64,000 nucleotides of DNA from Hormiphora californensis (taxonomy: Eukaryota; Animalia; Ctenophora). Each line of letters begins with the position of its first letter. The first letter of the stretch is position 1. The notes beneath the pieces were generated by a model. It worked only from the letters and a program-made list of their open reading frames with translations. It was not told the DNA's origin and ran no database searches. The stretch lies in NCBI GenBank assembly GCA_020137815.1, contig CM035353.1, forward strand, positions 4,960,001-5,024,000. The letters run 5' to 3'. This document shows, one piece after another, positions 53,617 through 64,000 of the stretch. Both the position numbers and the translations under genes were made by a program.

Positions 53617-53950
53617 TTATGAACCTACCTCAGCCCCAGCTCGTGCCACTGTCAGAGTGAAATCTTCGAAGTTGCAGATGTATTCCTCTATGTCCATTTC
53701 TTTTTCAACCCTACTATGCACACTGTCAGCACTCATAAATGTATGGCCGGGCTCGAAAAAGCGAAGGGTAATGCTCTCGAGGTTCCTCAAAGTGGGCAGG
53801 GGAGACGTTAGATTATCAGAACTGGTCCGCTCGGTATTTCCCATCATGACAGATAGGGTCGAGAAGAGAGTCCAATTTTTGTTTTGCCCAGTACAATTAT
53901 CGCACCACAAAACAAGTTTCTTCACCCCTTCTTTGTCTACCCCCGTCTAC
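53617..53950 (-). mobile_element. Sola1-like DDD transposase fragment
   Basis: LWCDNCTGQNKNW...FFEPGHTFMSADSVHSRVEK...FEDF, with the DNC.GQNKN and GHT...D catalytic motifs. Confidence 0.8.
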
Positions 53951-54360
53951 AATTCCTATCAGCTTAAGGTATGCTGATGGCACATCCTCATCGTTCCTTC
54001 CGACTTGTCCCTGGTAGTAGTTGGAAAACCGTGTAATGAGCACAGTCACGTGACTGTGCTCATTTCTGAGCCCAGTCACGTGATTCATGACGTCACATGA
54101 CTGTGCTCAACTGCAGATCACGTGATCCATGACGTCACACCATGTGATATGTGTTAATTATTCATTATAATTAATTTCAATTAATTATAATTAATTGATT
54201 TGGTGCTATTTGGTGTAACACCATGTCAATCCCCGGTTGTACAAAATTAAACACATTAATTTTTTAAAGGGTAAATAATTACTACATATAACAAATAACA
54301 AATATATTTAAATAGAGTGAGGACAGAGTTTATGGAGATCCTGCAGGGCATACCCATAGG

Positions 54361-55121
54361 GCGCGCACAGACTGTTCATGCGTGATCATGTCCATAGGTG
54401 GGCAAGATTTTGATCAAGTCACGCAGACTGATCAAGCTTGATCATCTGATCAAGCTTGAAAACTGAAACTTATTCATATCAAAGCAAAAACCACTACCCG
54501 ACTAATTTTGATACTCTGAATCACGTAAGCTAGTTTTCAAATCCTTCGGAGGTCGGGAAAGTGTCCTAATTGGGCATAATTGGGTCTAATTGACCCCACT
54601 TACAACTTGTCACCTGGAAATGACGTAAGGGTACTTTTCCGACTAATTATGATACGCTGAATCACATAAGCAACTTTTCCAAGCCCCCAGAGGTCGGGAA
54701 ATGCTCTAATTGAGCAATTAAGGTCAATTAGATCCAATTATACTCAATTAGGACACTTTCCCGACCTCTGGGGGCGTGGAAAAGTTGTTTATGTGATTCA
54801 GCGTATCAAAATTAGTCGGAAAAGTGCCCTCATGTCACATAAGCGTCTATTATTTCCAGGTGATAAGTTTTAAGTGGGGTCAATTAGACCCAATTATGCC
54901 CAATTAGAACACTTTCTTGACCTCTGACGGATTTGAAAACTAGCTTACGTGATTCAGAGTATTAAAATTAGCCGGGTACAGTGGTTTTCGCTTTGATATG
55001 AATAAGTTTCAGTTTTTACTGTCCAAGCTTGATCAGATGATCAAGCTTGATCAGTCTGCGTGACTTGATCAAAATCTTGCCCACTTATGGACATGATCAC
55101 GCATGAACAGTCTGTGCGCGC
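54361..55121. mobile_element. ~760-bp foldback element
   Basis: gcgcgcacagactgttcatgcgtgatcatgtcca is inverted at the right end, and the arms pair up to a centre near 54730. Confidence 0.85.
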
Positions 55122-55542
55122 GCTTAGCATGCAGGCCCTTTGGCTCAATGACAAACAATGACAAACAATACGGTGACAAACAATACGGTGACAGAAGGAT
55201 CCGATATTGACTTGCTCGTTATGAGCAAGGGTCCCTTCCTGATCCTCTCCATACTCCTCTGTACCCCTCCCTTGCCAAGGGAGGGGTACAGAGGAGTATG
55301 GAGAGGATCAGGAAGGATGCTTGACAACCAGGAATTGTTGGTGTTGAGGCATATCAGTGTAAGTTTTGCCACAAATCAAGACACGAAGCAGCGAGTTGGT
55401 GATCCGGGCAGTCCTGGAGCATGTGTCATCAATAGCTTGATCCCTGAAAGAGGTTTATTGTTATAAAACTAAATCAAGCGAATAATAAAACAAGGGGGAG
55501 GGGAGGGTAATTGCTAGCATATATGTACAGATTCAAACTTAC

Positions 55543-55865
55543 TTCACCAATCAAGTTCAGTGCTTGATCCACCATCTCCTCGTCGTTATAACAAGTTTCA
55601 AAAATCTGAAGGGAAACGAGTATTTAAAACATATTTTAGCGTAAAAAGAAACAAAGGCAGTCAATATAATAAAATATACTAATATAGATGATAAACTTAC
55701 ATTCAAAGCAGTACGGGCGACTTCGCATGGCGTGAGGAAAAGGTATTCCTCACGCCATGGAATATAAACTCTGATTGCGACGGAATCACAATATGCAGGC
55801 CAGTAGGCGACTGCATTAATATTAATTAGTTCGCCTACTGACAAGTAACATTCGCAGCAATTCAT
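55543..55865 (-). CDS. Small Cys-rich spliced protein, paralog 3 (exons 55865-55701 and 55605-55543, may continue)
   Basis: MNCCECYLSVGELININAVAYWPAYCDSVAIRVYIPWREEYLFLTPCEVARTALN|GTAAGT, then in-frame exon IFETCYNDEEMVDQALNLIGE|GTAAGT. Confidence 0.6.
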
Positions 55866-56412
55866 GGTTGGCAACTGAGGGTAATAAACTAACTTTTATA
55901 GTACCTTTCTCACGTAAATCTTACCAATTGTTTTCTATATTTCTCCTTTAATCAATCAGAAAACCTAGCTAGAATTTGAAATCCAATCAACAACTGTTCA
56001 GGTTTTGGGGTTAGTGAAACCTATATTCTTTCTAGCTAGAACTAGAAATCCAATCAGAAATCCAATCAGAAATCCAATCAGAAATCTAGCTTTGGTCTTG
56101 ACTGATTGATTTTTCGCAGTTTTATGATTAGATTTGAGATCTAGAGCCATGTTAGGGTTAGTGAAATCTATGTAATACAGCTTTCTCACCTCTGTTTCAT
56201 TATATTCTACAAATTGATGAGAAAGTTCAGAAATGTCGAGCCATGATTTGCTTTCGTTCTATTCCAAGAAGTCGGCAAAATTACCCTGCAAGCAGTGTTC
56301 CCCGATTAAAAGATGTCCAAAGCACAAGTACAGTTATTGGCAAACTTGGAAATTAAACAGATGATGACTGAAAACATAAGAATAATTATTACTAAACATA
56401 TTTCACTTCACT

Positions 56413-56892
56413 ATGCTCTCCCTCGCTTATGTTGCGCTTGTCAACTTTTTCATTATATTTAACTCGGATAACTGTGATGATTTTCTGTTCCTCGAGGGAG
56501 AAAATGATACATATGGTTATTTACACATTAATAACACCCTACTGGAATTGATGGAAGGAGGGCCTTACGGGCGAGAGATTTATAAAACTAACCTTTCGTT
56601 ATTGTTTATATTCAATTGGGCTGAACGGAGTGTAAACGAAACACAGATGGATCTAGTTTTGAGCGAAGGTGATTACATACGACCTCAAGGAAGTGTGAAT
56701 ATAAGTTATCTCTGTGGGTTTGATGAGCTCTATCAGATACATACAGAAGTTGAATTTGTTGAGAAAAGAAAACATAATCTTGACCTGTTCTACATTTTGT
56801 TTATCATTCCGTTGCTCTCTCCTCTGCTGCTTTTTCAACCCAAACTCCAGCAACTCTACACTTCGGTAGATACACGAGAAACGTTAGCCTAA
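56413..56892 (+). CDS. Orphan 159-aa putative membrane glycoprotein
   Basis: ATG-started ORF with hydrophobic N-terminus, five N-x-S/T sequons and a C-terminal hydrophobic helix (LFYILFIIPLLSPLLLF). Confidence 0.5.
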   Translation: MLSLAYVALVNFFIIFNSDNCDDFLFLEGENDTYGYLHINNTLLELMEGGPYGREIYKTNLSLLFIFNWAERSVNETQMDLVLSEGDYIRPQGSVNISYLCGFDELYQIHTEVEFVEKRKHNLDLFYILFIIPLLSPLLLFQPKLQQLYTSVDTRETLA

Positions 56893-57009
56893 CTATGGAG
56901 CTTTCCTGTTATATCGCTGTCAGAACACTTAGAGTGTTGGACCTACATCATTGCGATATTAATCCCAAGTTCGAACGTAGCTATCTTCAACTCAACTGGG
57001 TAGTATGAC

Positions 57010-57141
57010 ATAGGACCGTCGGGGTTATTTTGGGGTCACTTCGGGGTAACTTCAGGTTCATTTCGGGGTCACTTCGGGGTCACTTCGGGAGACCCCGATT
57101 TGATCCCGAAATATCCCCAAAATGACCCCGACGGTCCTATG
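57010..57141. mobile_element. Mini inverted-repeat element with ggggtcacttc repeats
   Basis: cataggaccgtcgggg / ccccgacggtcctatg termini. Confidence 0.65.
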
Positions 57142-57636
57142 TATATTGTATATAGAGAGAGTGTGAGAGAGAGAAGGGGGTGAGAGAAAAGAAATTATTA
57201 ATTGGTAAAAATTGTAAGATTTAGTTATTTTTATTGGGAAAAACATTTAAACCGAAAATTATAAAAGCAAATAGATTTCGTCAAATATCTGTCGTTATAC
57301 AACCAAGGAGGAACATAAATTGCACGAGAAAACTCAAAACACAAAATATACATAACTTAATATATATCTGAGTTTTTAAGGGCTGTATGATAAGGGGAAG
57401 TGAGGGGTTGGTGAGGGGTGAATATCATGTACATAGCTACCCATGTGGCCTGATCTGGTATGATGGTATGAAGAATACATGAGGATACGATAACATGAGG
57501 ATATGCCATGAAGATAACTAGATCTCCCACCATCCAGGAAGAACCAGTTTTACCTTTTTTTCATTATGTATATTGCAAAATAAGTAGTAATTAATTTCAT
57601 TTACATATTTTGATGAAATTTAGTTAATTAACTTAC

Positions 57637-57822
57637 CAATTTTATTGACAATGACACACTGCGGTATATCAGTTGACCATGATAGATCATCCTGACAAGT
57701 CAGAGTTGCACTTCCCGTTAGGATATGGGAGGCAGCACATTCGATGGTGGCAGTTGTCCCTGTTGATGAGGCAGGCCAACTTCCTTGTGTCGATCCATCA
57801 ACAGTAAAAGTAGAACACGCAA
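57637..57822 (-). CDS. Sushi/CCP domain exon (phase 1-1, 62 codons)
   Basis: cag|...ACSTF...GTTATIECAASHILTGSATLTCQDDLSWSTDIPQC...|GTAAGT, with four Cys and the conserved Trp. Confidence 0.85.
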
Positions 57823-58022
57823 CTGATATGGAATGGAAATAGTAATGAGTATGAGTTCATTGTAATTTACAGGTGATATTATAATTTACAGGTAATATGT
57901 TATGGAAAGCTTGGGTAAACGTTGTAGTTCATTGTATTTGTAGTTGAACCAGCTTGTGTGATATAACACTAAACCCACGTGATGTGCAATAGAAGCGTTT
58001 CGAATTAAATTGAGACCCTAAC

Positions 58023-58439
58023 CTGCTCTGTAGAAGTCAGATGCTGTGTCAGAAGGGCTAAACTTGATCTTCTCCACAACATCACCACCCCACCTGGTAA
58101 CACAGTTGCTATCTGAACTATCTGCGAACAGGTAGTTCAGCACCTCCACATTGTTACATGTGATGATGAGGGCGGTCTCTGTTTTGGTGATTGCCCAGGT
58201 CTTATCCACCTCCACCGAGGGTTGTACTGGCAGGTCCGTGTAGCTGCTGGTACACCAGCCTATCTCACACTGCATTGTGGAGGAGAACTTTACCTTGAAA
58301 GTAGCCATCGCGCTGCTCTCCTTGTACAACTTTACCCAGATTATCTCACCACTACCCAGTGTAGAGTCCGTCTTTATCTGGAGAGGTGTTCCTTCGAGGT
58401 CCCATGGTGTATTCACACTCCGCTGTATAGCTTTCCAGT
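58023..58439 (-). CDS. 139-codon phase 1-1 exon encoding a beta-rich extracellular module of the same gene
   Basis: Open exon WKAIQRSVNTPWDLEGTPLQIKTDSTLGSG...CEIGWC...CNNVEVLNY...DTASDFYRA between a tttcag acceptor and a GT donor, in phase with the Sushi exon. Confidence 0.8.
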
Positions 58440-59597
58440 CTGAAATACAATAAATATACTAACCAGTACCGTAATCTGGGGTAACTTTGTTTTGCAGGGT
58501 AACTTTGGACACTTTCAAAATTTGGCTTTAGTCCAAAATTACCAACAGATAACGACAGATTTGGCATAATTTTTGGGTGTACAAGTAATTGACCCACAAA
58601 TGTCTATCTAACAGTACAACTATTTTTTTCAATTCTATGCTAATTAGCTCCTAATTAGGGGCAAACATAATTGATGTCAAAATCGCTAAAAATGTTCAAA
58701 TCAAAATGGGTACCATAGATTTGACCGGGCTAATGACCGAATCAAGTTTGCTCCATAGAGTGGAAGGGTTTCGATCAAATAATTCGGGGCACCATTTTTC
58801 AAACCCGATCAATTACTTTAATTGAGACTAATAGGGGTGGCTAATGTTACCCCACCATTTTTTGAATTATGGGGTAACTTTGGACGGGGTGCCAAAGTTA
58901 CCCCACACTATAGGTTTTCAACTTTTGATGTCTGTACAGTTGCCTTAGACCCTCTCTGAATTGTTTAGGGCCATATAACCAAGATTCAGCCCACTCCACG
59001 CCCATTTCCATCCATCTATTCGATATGTTAGTGAAAAAAACTAGGATTTGGACTAGTTTATGGAGCTAAATCACAGAAATCTGGCCTGAAACCCATCAAA
59101 CTTCAATAATTTGGGGTTCCTCATCCATCCTGTAGCTTGTTATATGGTATTGGATCTCTAGGCGAGTGTTCTAGTTCTTGTAGACAATCTATGCAGGAGC
59201 ACAGGTACCGAAACTCCTTTATTTAGCCACTACCCATAAGTAGACCACTTCCTGGCTATCCAATTCAGCAAAAAGAACTAAAACACACTCGCCTAGAGGG
59301 CCAATACCATCTACCAATCTACAGGATGGATGAGGGACCCCAAATTACTGAAGTTTGATGGGTTTCAGGTCGCATGTGGCAACCTCTAAATCAAGTCCGA
59401 TTGAGCTGAAATTTTATTTGGTGGCTAGTTTTCATCATTCCTTACACCCGAAAAAGTTGATTTTTTAAAATCATGGGGCGTTTGGCTAACCCTATGGTTC
59501 TTTTTTAACTCATTGACACATTTAAACCCCATTTAAACATTTTAGGTTCATTTATTTATCATTGCAAAATGTTTGGATTTATGTTTGTTCCAATATT

Positions 59598-60856
59598 CCA
59601 ATTTCATTCTCGTCTTACAACTTATCGTTTTGCATCGAATTTCGTCTTCTTGTTTTTAACAGTACCACAGCAAATGGCTACCTTGTAGCTTTTATACAAA
59701 GCAGCGAAAAAATGGAGATCGACAAAAACTGGTACGATGAATGGACACAAAAAGTGAAGAGGCTACCAGTCACCATGAACAACGTTCTGGGGAGAGAATG
59801 GGAGGCCGACCAGAAGAACGGATGGAAGGACGCCACTTGGCAGATAATGCGAGGTGAAAACTGGGATGCTTTGATTGAACTAATGGAAAATACGGTTAAA
59901 ATGTACAAACTGCTGAACGACGCCGATGATATCTTCGCCAAGTCCACTACAAATGAATCTGCCAAGCAAACAGCTGTGGACAAACTAAGTGCAGACAAGG
60001 AAACCGCAGATTGCGAGGAATCGTTGGCGGATATGGAATCGGTCGGTAATGCATCTGAGTCACTATCCTGGATGCTTGATCGCAAATTGGAATTAGATGA
60101 TTATGCATCTGGCCCTGGGTCACTATCAATGTCTAGTGAAATTGCTTCCTATAAAGAGGAAAAAACGGGACCCACTGACAAGCGGCAGAATGTTATCGTG
60201 TTTTTACCTGCAGACATGGATGGCTCTATTCAGGATGAGGCGATTGAAAAAGCTTTTGCATACCTTGGGTGTGAACAATTTAGTATAATGAACACGGAAA
60301 TGGTCAGGGACAGAGGTGAGGACTGCAACGGGAAAATTGTACTTAGAGTACAAATGAACACAGTAAAACAAGCATCAAAAGCCCTTGCTAATGCGTACAA
60401 ACTGAAGAACTACCCTGTGCCTGGAATCTACATTGCCAAGGATATGACATACCATCAACGGCTAAAGATGCGAGAACTTGTGAAGACTCTACGGTACAGG
60501 ATAGAAATGCAACCAAAGTACCGATGGAAAATTGTTGATTGGGAAGTGGTTAACGTTGGTCGTTTCAAGAAACAAGAGCAAGATTTCAAGCATGATTTGA
60601 TGAACAGTTATAGTGGTTCACTGGATAGTATTTCTAGTGGACCACTATAGTCAGTGGTGAAGTTTTTTTTTGAGACAAATATGGAGTAATACGAGAAGTC
60701 AATAAAACTGAGTTCAAAGGGTGTCCTGCCTAATGCAGACACCTACGATATAAACATTTTGAAATTACTATAGTGGGACATGGAAGTGAGTCTAGACATT
60801 ATTTGCGTAGAGTACATGTCGAGTTGGCCGTGTGGCCAAAATCTTTATTATTATTA
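59598..60856 (+). mobile_element. ORF1-only non-autonomous non-LTR retroposon (HAL1-like)
   Basis: Insertion relative to the empty site near 31116, TSD aatatt (59592-59597 and 61493-61498), 3' hairpin ttggcc-gtgt-ggccaa, (TTA)n tail, one intact ORF. Confidence 0.75.
59712..60650 (+). CDS. LINE ORF1-like protein (312 aa)
   Basis: RQNVIVF...VLRVQM...LANAYKLK...IYIAKDMTYHQRLKMRELVK resembles the RRM/CTD region of CR1/L2/L1-type ORF1p. No RT follows. Confidence 0.75.
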   Translation: MEIDKNWYDEWTQKVKRLPVTMNNVLGREWEADQKNGWKDATWQIMRGENWDALIELMENTVKMYKLLNDADDIFAKSTTNESAKQTAVDKLSADKETADCEESLADMESVGNASESLSWMLDRKLELDDYASGPGSLSMSSEIASYKEEKTGPTDKRQNVIVFLPADMDGSIQDEAIEKAFAYLGCEQFSIMNTEMVRDRGEDCNGKIVLRVQMNTVKQASKALANAYKLKNYPVPGIYIAKDMTYHQRLKMRELVKTLRYRIEMQPKYRWKIVDWEVVNVGRFKKQEQDFKHDLMNSYSGSLDSISSGPL

Positions 60857-61491
<635 letters not shown>

Positions 61492-61552
61492 TAATATTAC
61501 TATCGTGGGGTAACTTTGGACGGGTGTCCAAAGTTACCCCACCCTCATTCCA

Positions 61553-63191
61553 CACGGTGCACCAGAAGGATCGTCAACCCAAAGTTGAGCCCACAAAACA
61601 AACTTTTGTTGGGGGTGACCCAGGAGGCCTTCCTGAACATCCCCACGGTGAGAAAAGTATATGTTATCGGGGGAAATTTTTGTCAAAATCGAAAAAACTG
61701 GTTTTTGGTCCAAATTTGTGCATAACTTACTTGACTGCCGTTTGATGAAATATCTGATTGACATAAAGTAAGTATACAAGACCTATTTTTGCACGAGGAA
61801 TCGATTGCCGGTGGAGAGAAATCTCTAAAATGACCGGAAAATTGTCAAATATGGGAATTTTGTCATTTTTTTGAGGTTTTTGGCCCTTTAACCATTGAAA
61901 ACGTTGAGATAGGAAGTTGGCAATAGCGCCAATCGTTAAAATGGTCATTTTTCTACGGGATCCCAAAATTTCATGTATATCCGATTCATGGTTAGATTTT
62001 GGCAAACTATTGAGATGTGCTAACTGAAAAAAGGATAACTTGATTTTCTCGTTTTTTGCGATTTTTTAACTTTTGAAAGAATTCTGATTGAAATGGCCAA
62101 TCAGGGCCATGCTAAAGTTGTTTATGGGACAATTTTCGACCAAAATCCAAGATTTCATGCAAATCGAATGACAGATCATTGATTTATAGAAAGTTGAAAT
62201 AGGCAAAAAAGGCCAATTTTTACCATGAAAACAATAATACACATTTTTTCTTGTCAATTTCCATCAATAACTGGTACCCTACCTATTTTTTGCACGTAGA
62301 ATCGATTGCCGGTGGAGTGGATCCTCTTAAATGATTGGAAAGCGGTCGAAATGTCATTTTTTGGAAGTTTTTGGACCTCCAAAAAATGGCATTTTGACCG
62401 CTTTTCCAATCATTTAAGAGGATCCACTCCACCGGCAATCGATTCTACGTGCAAAAAATAGGTAGGGTACCAGTTGTTGATGGAAATTGACAAGAAAAAC
62501 TGTGTATTATTGTTTTCATGGTAAAAATTGGCCTTTTTTGCCTATTTCAACTTTCTATAAATCAATGATCTGTCATTCGATTTGCATGAAATCTTGGATT
62601 TTGGTCGAAAATTGTCCCATAAACAACTTTAGCATGGCCCTGATTGGCCATTTCAATCAGAATTCTTTCAAAAGTTAAAAAATCGCAAAAAACGAGAAAA
62701 TCAAGTTATCCTTTTTTCAGTTAGCACATCTCAATAGTTTGCCAAAATCTAACCATGAATCGGATATACATGAAATTTTGGGATCCCGTAGAAAAATGAC
62801 CATTTTAACGATTGGCGCTATTGCCAACTTCCTATCTCAACGTTTTCAATGGTTAAAGGGCCAAAAACCTCAAAAAAATGACAAAATTCCCATATTTGAC
62901 AATTTTCCGGTCATTTTAGAGATTTCTCTCCACCGGCAATCGATTCCTCGTGCAAAAATAGGTCTTGTATACTTACTTTATGTCAATCAGATATTTCATC
63001 AAACGGCAGTCAAGTAAGTTATGCACAAATTTGGACCAAAAACCAGTTTTTTCGATTTTGACAAAAATTTCCCCCGATAACATATACTTTTCTCACCGTG
63101 GGGATGTTCAGGAAGGCCTCCTGGGTCACCCCCAACAAAAGTTTGTTTTGTGGGCTCAACTTTGGATTGACGATCCTTCTGGTGCACCGTG
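61553..63191. mobile_element. 1.64-kb near-perfect palindromic element with CACGGTG termini and 4-bp TSD (Chapaev-like)
   Basis: tcca|cacggtgcaccag...ctggtgcaccgtg|tcca, centre near 62372. Empty site near 31063. Confidence 0.85.
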
Positions 63192-64000
63192 TCCAAAGTT
63201 ACCCCATGCCCTAAAACCCCACTTACACTAAAATACACGTTAATTAATGTAATTAAATGAGAGGGGACCAAAAATTTCACTAGTTATATCTGGTGTACTA
63301 GGTGAGGTCTGGAACGGATTATTTGGTTCAAAAATTTTCGAGTGTGGTTCTGGCAAGGAGTTATTTTAGGAGAATGCTAAAAAGTGGTACAAAGTTACCC
63401 CAAAGTTACCCCAAAGTTACCCCAACTTACGGTAACCACTAAAAATAAACAAGCAATCAAGAGTTTCATAATGCTATGTTTCCCCGTCAACCTTTATTTT
63501 CATAACCATCTAATGTGAAGGCGGGACAATGGACAGACATTTCTAAATTTATTTGTCACTAAAACTGTTTAGAACAAATCGTTGTGTTTTAGTAGCACTA
63601 AGTTGCAGTCACATTGCAGGTTAGCGGTAAATCCTCACTCGGCCGGTTCCTCACATTTTTGGACGCTTTTGGCCATAACTCAGCCATTTCTTGAACAATT
63701 TGCAAAATCTTGGGCTCATTGGAAAGAGGACATTGAGATCTTTCAAATGATCTTAAAAAATGAAAATCGGCGCAAATGCGCGGCGTGGTGGCTCATAAGG
63801 AACCATAATAAAGTTCAAGAGAGCGCACCACAATCAAGAGAGACCAAAATCAAGAGCGCACCACAATCAAGAGAGACCAAATCAAGAGCGCACACAATCA
63901 AGAGAGACCAAATCAAGAGCGACCCTCATCAAGTGAGCTCCCTATCCAAAAGATACCAGATGTGGTGCGCTCTTGAATTTGGTCTCTCTTAATTGTGATG

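Noticed and set aside
61516-63280. Mirror-image ORF pairs
   Set aside because: They result from the palindrome and show no transposase motifs.

Overview
Repeat-dense animal genomic DNA with GT-AG introns, microsatellites and no prokaryotic features. The GPCR type and the 'PWDLE..PLQIKTDS..GS' modular domain suggest a ctenophore, which is an inference. Host-type genes are a two-exon secreted C-type lectin (14.1-14.8 kb), a frameshifted class A GPCR (19.8-20.8 kb), two inverted copies of a modular-domain plus Sushi exon pair (32.3-33.1 and 57.6-58.4 kb), a family of small Cys-rich spliced ORFs and an orphan membrane ORF. The rest is mostly transposon material: many MITE/foldback elements with readable TSDs, and decayed non-LTR RT, Helitron, Mutator-like, KolX/P2X7-ballast-like, Maverick-type PolB, CCHC and Sola-like fragments. 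The main discovery is a ~5.1 kb head-to-tail array of a 457-bp unit (42.0-47.2 kb) carrying 12 minimal type I hammerhead ribozymes, a candidate non-LTR retrozyme or Penelope pLTR array that could release circular RNAs. There are also four solitary hammerhead-like motifs and an ORF1-only (HAL1-like) retroposon with TSD and (TTA)n tail, nested with a Helitron and a Chapaev-like 1.6 kb palindrome inside one arm of a large inverted duplication. All calls were made by eye without database searches.
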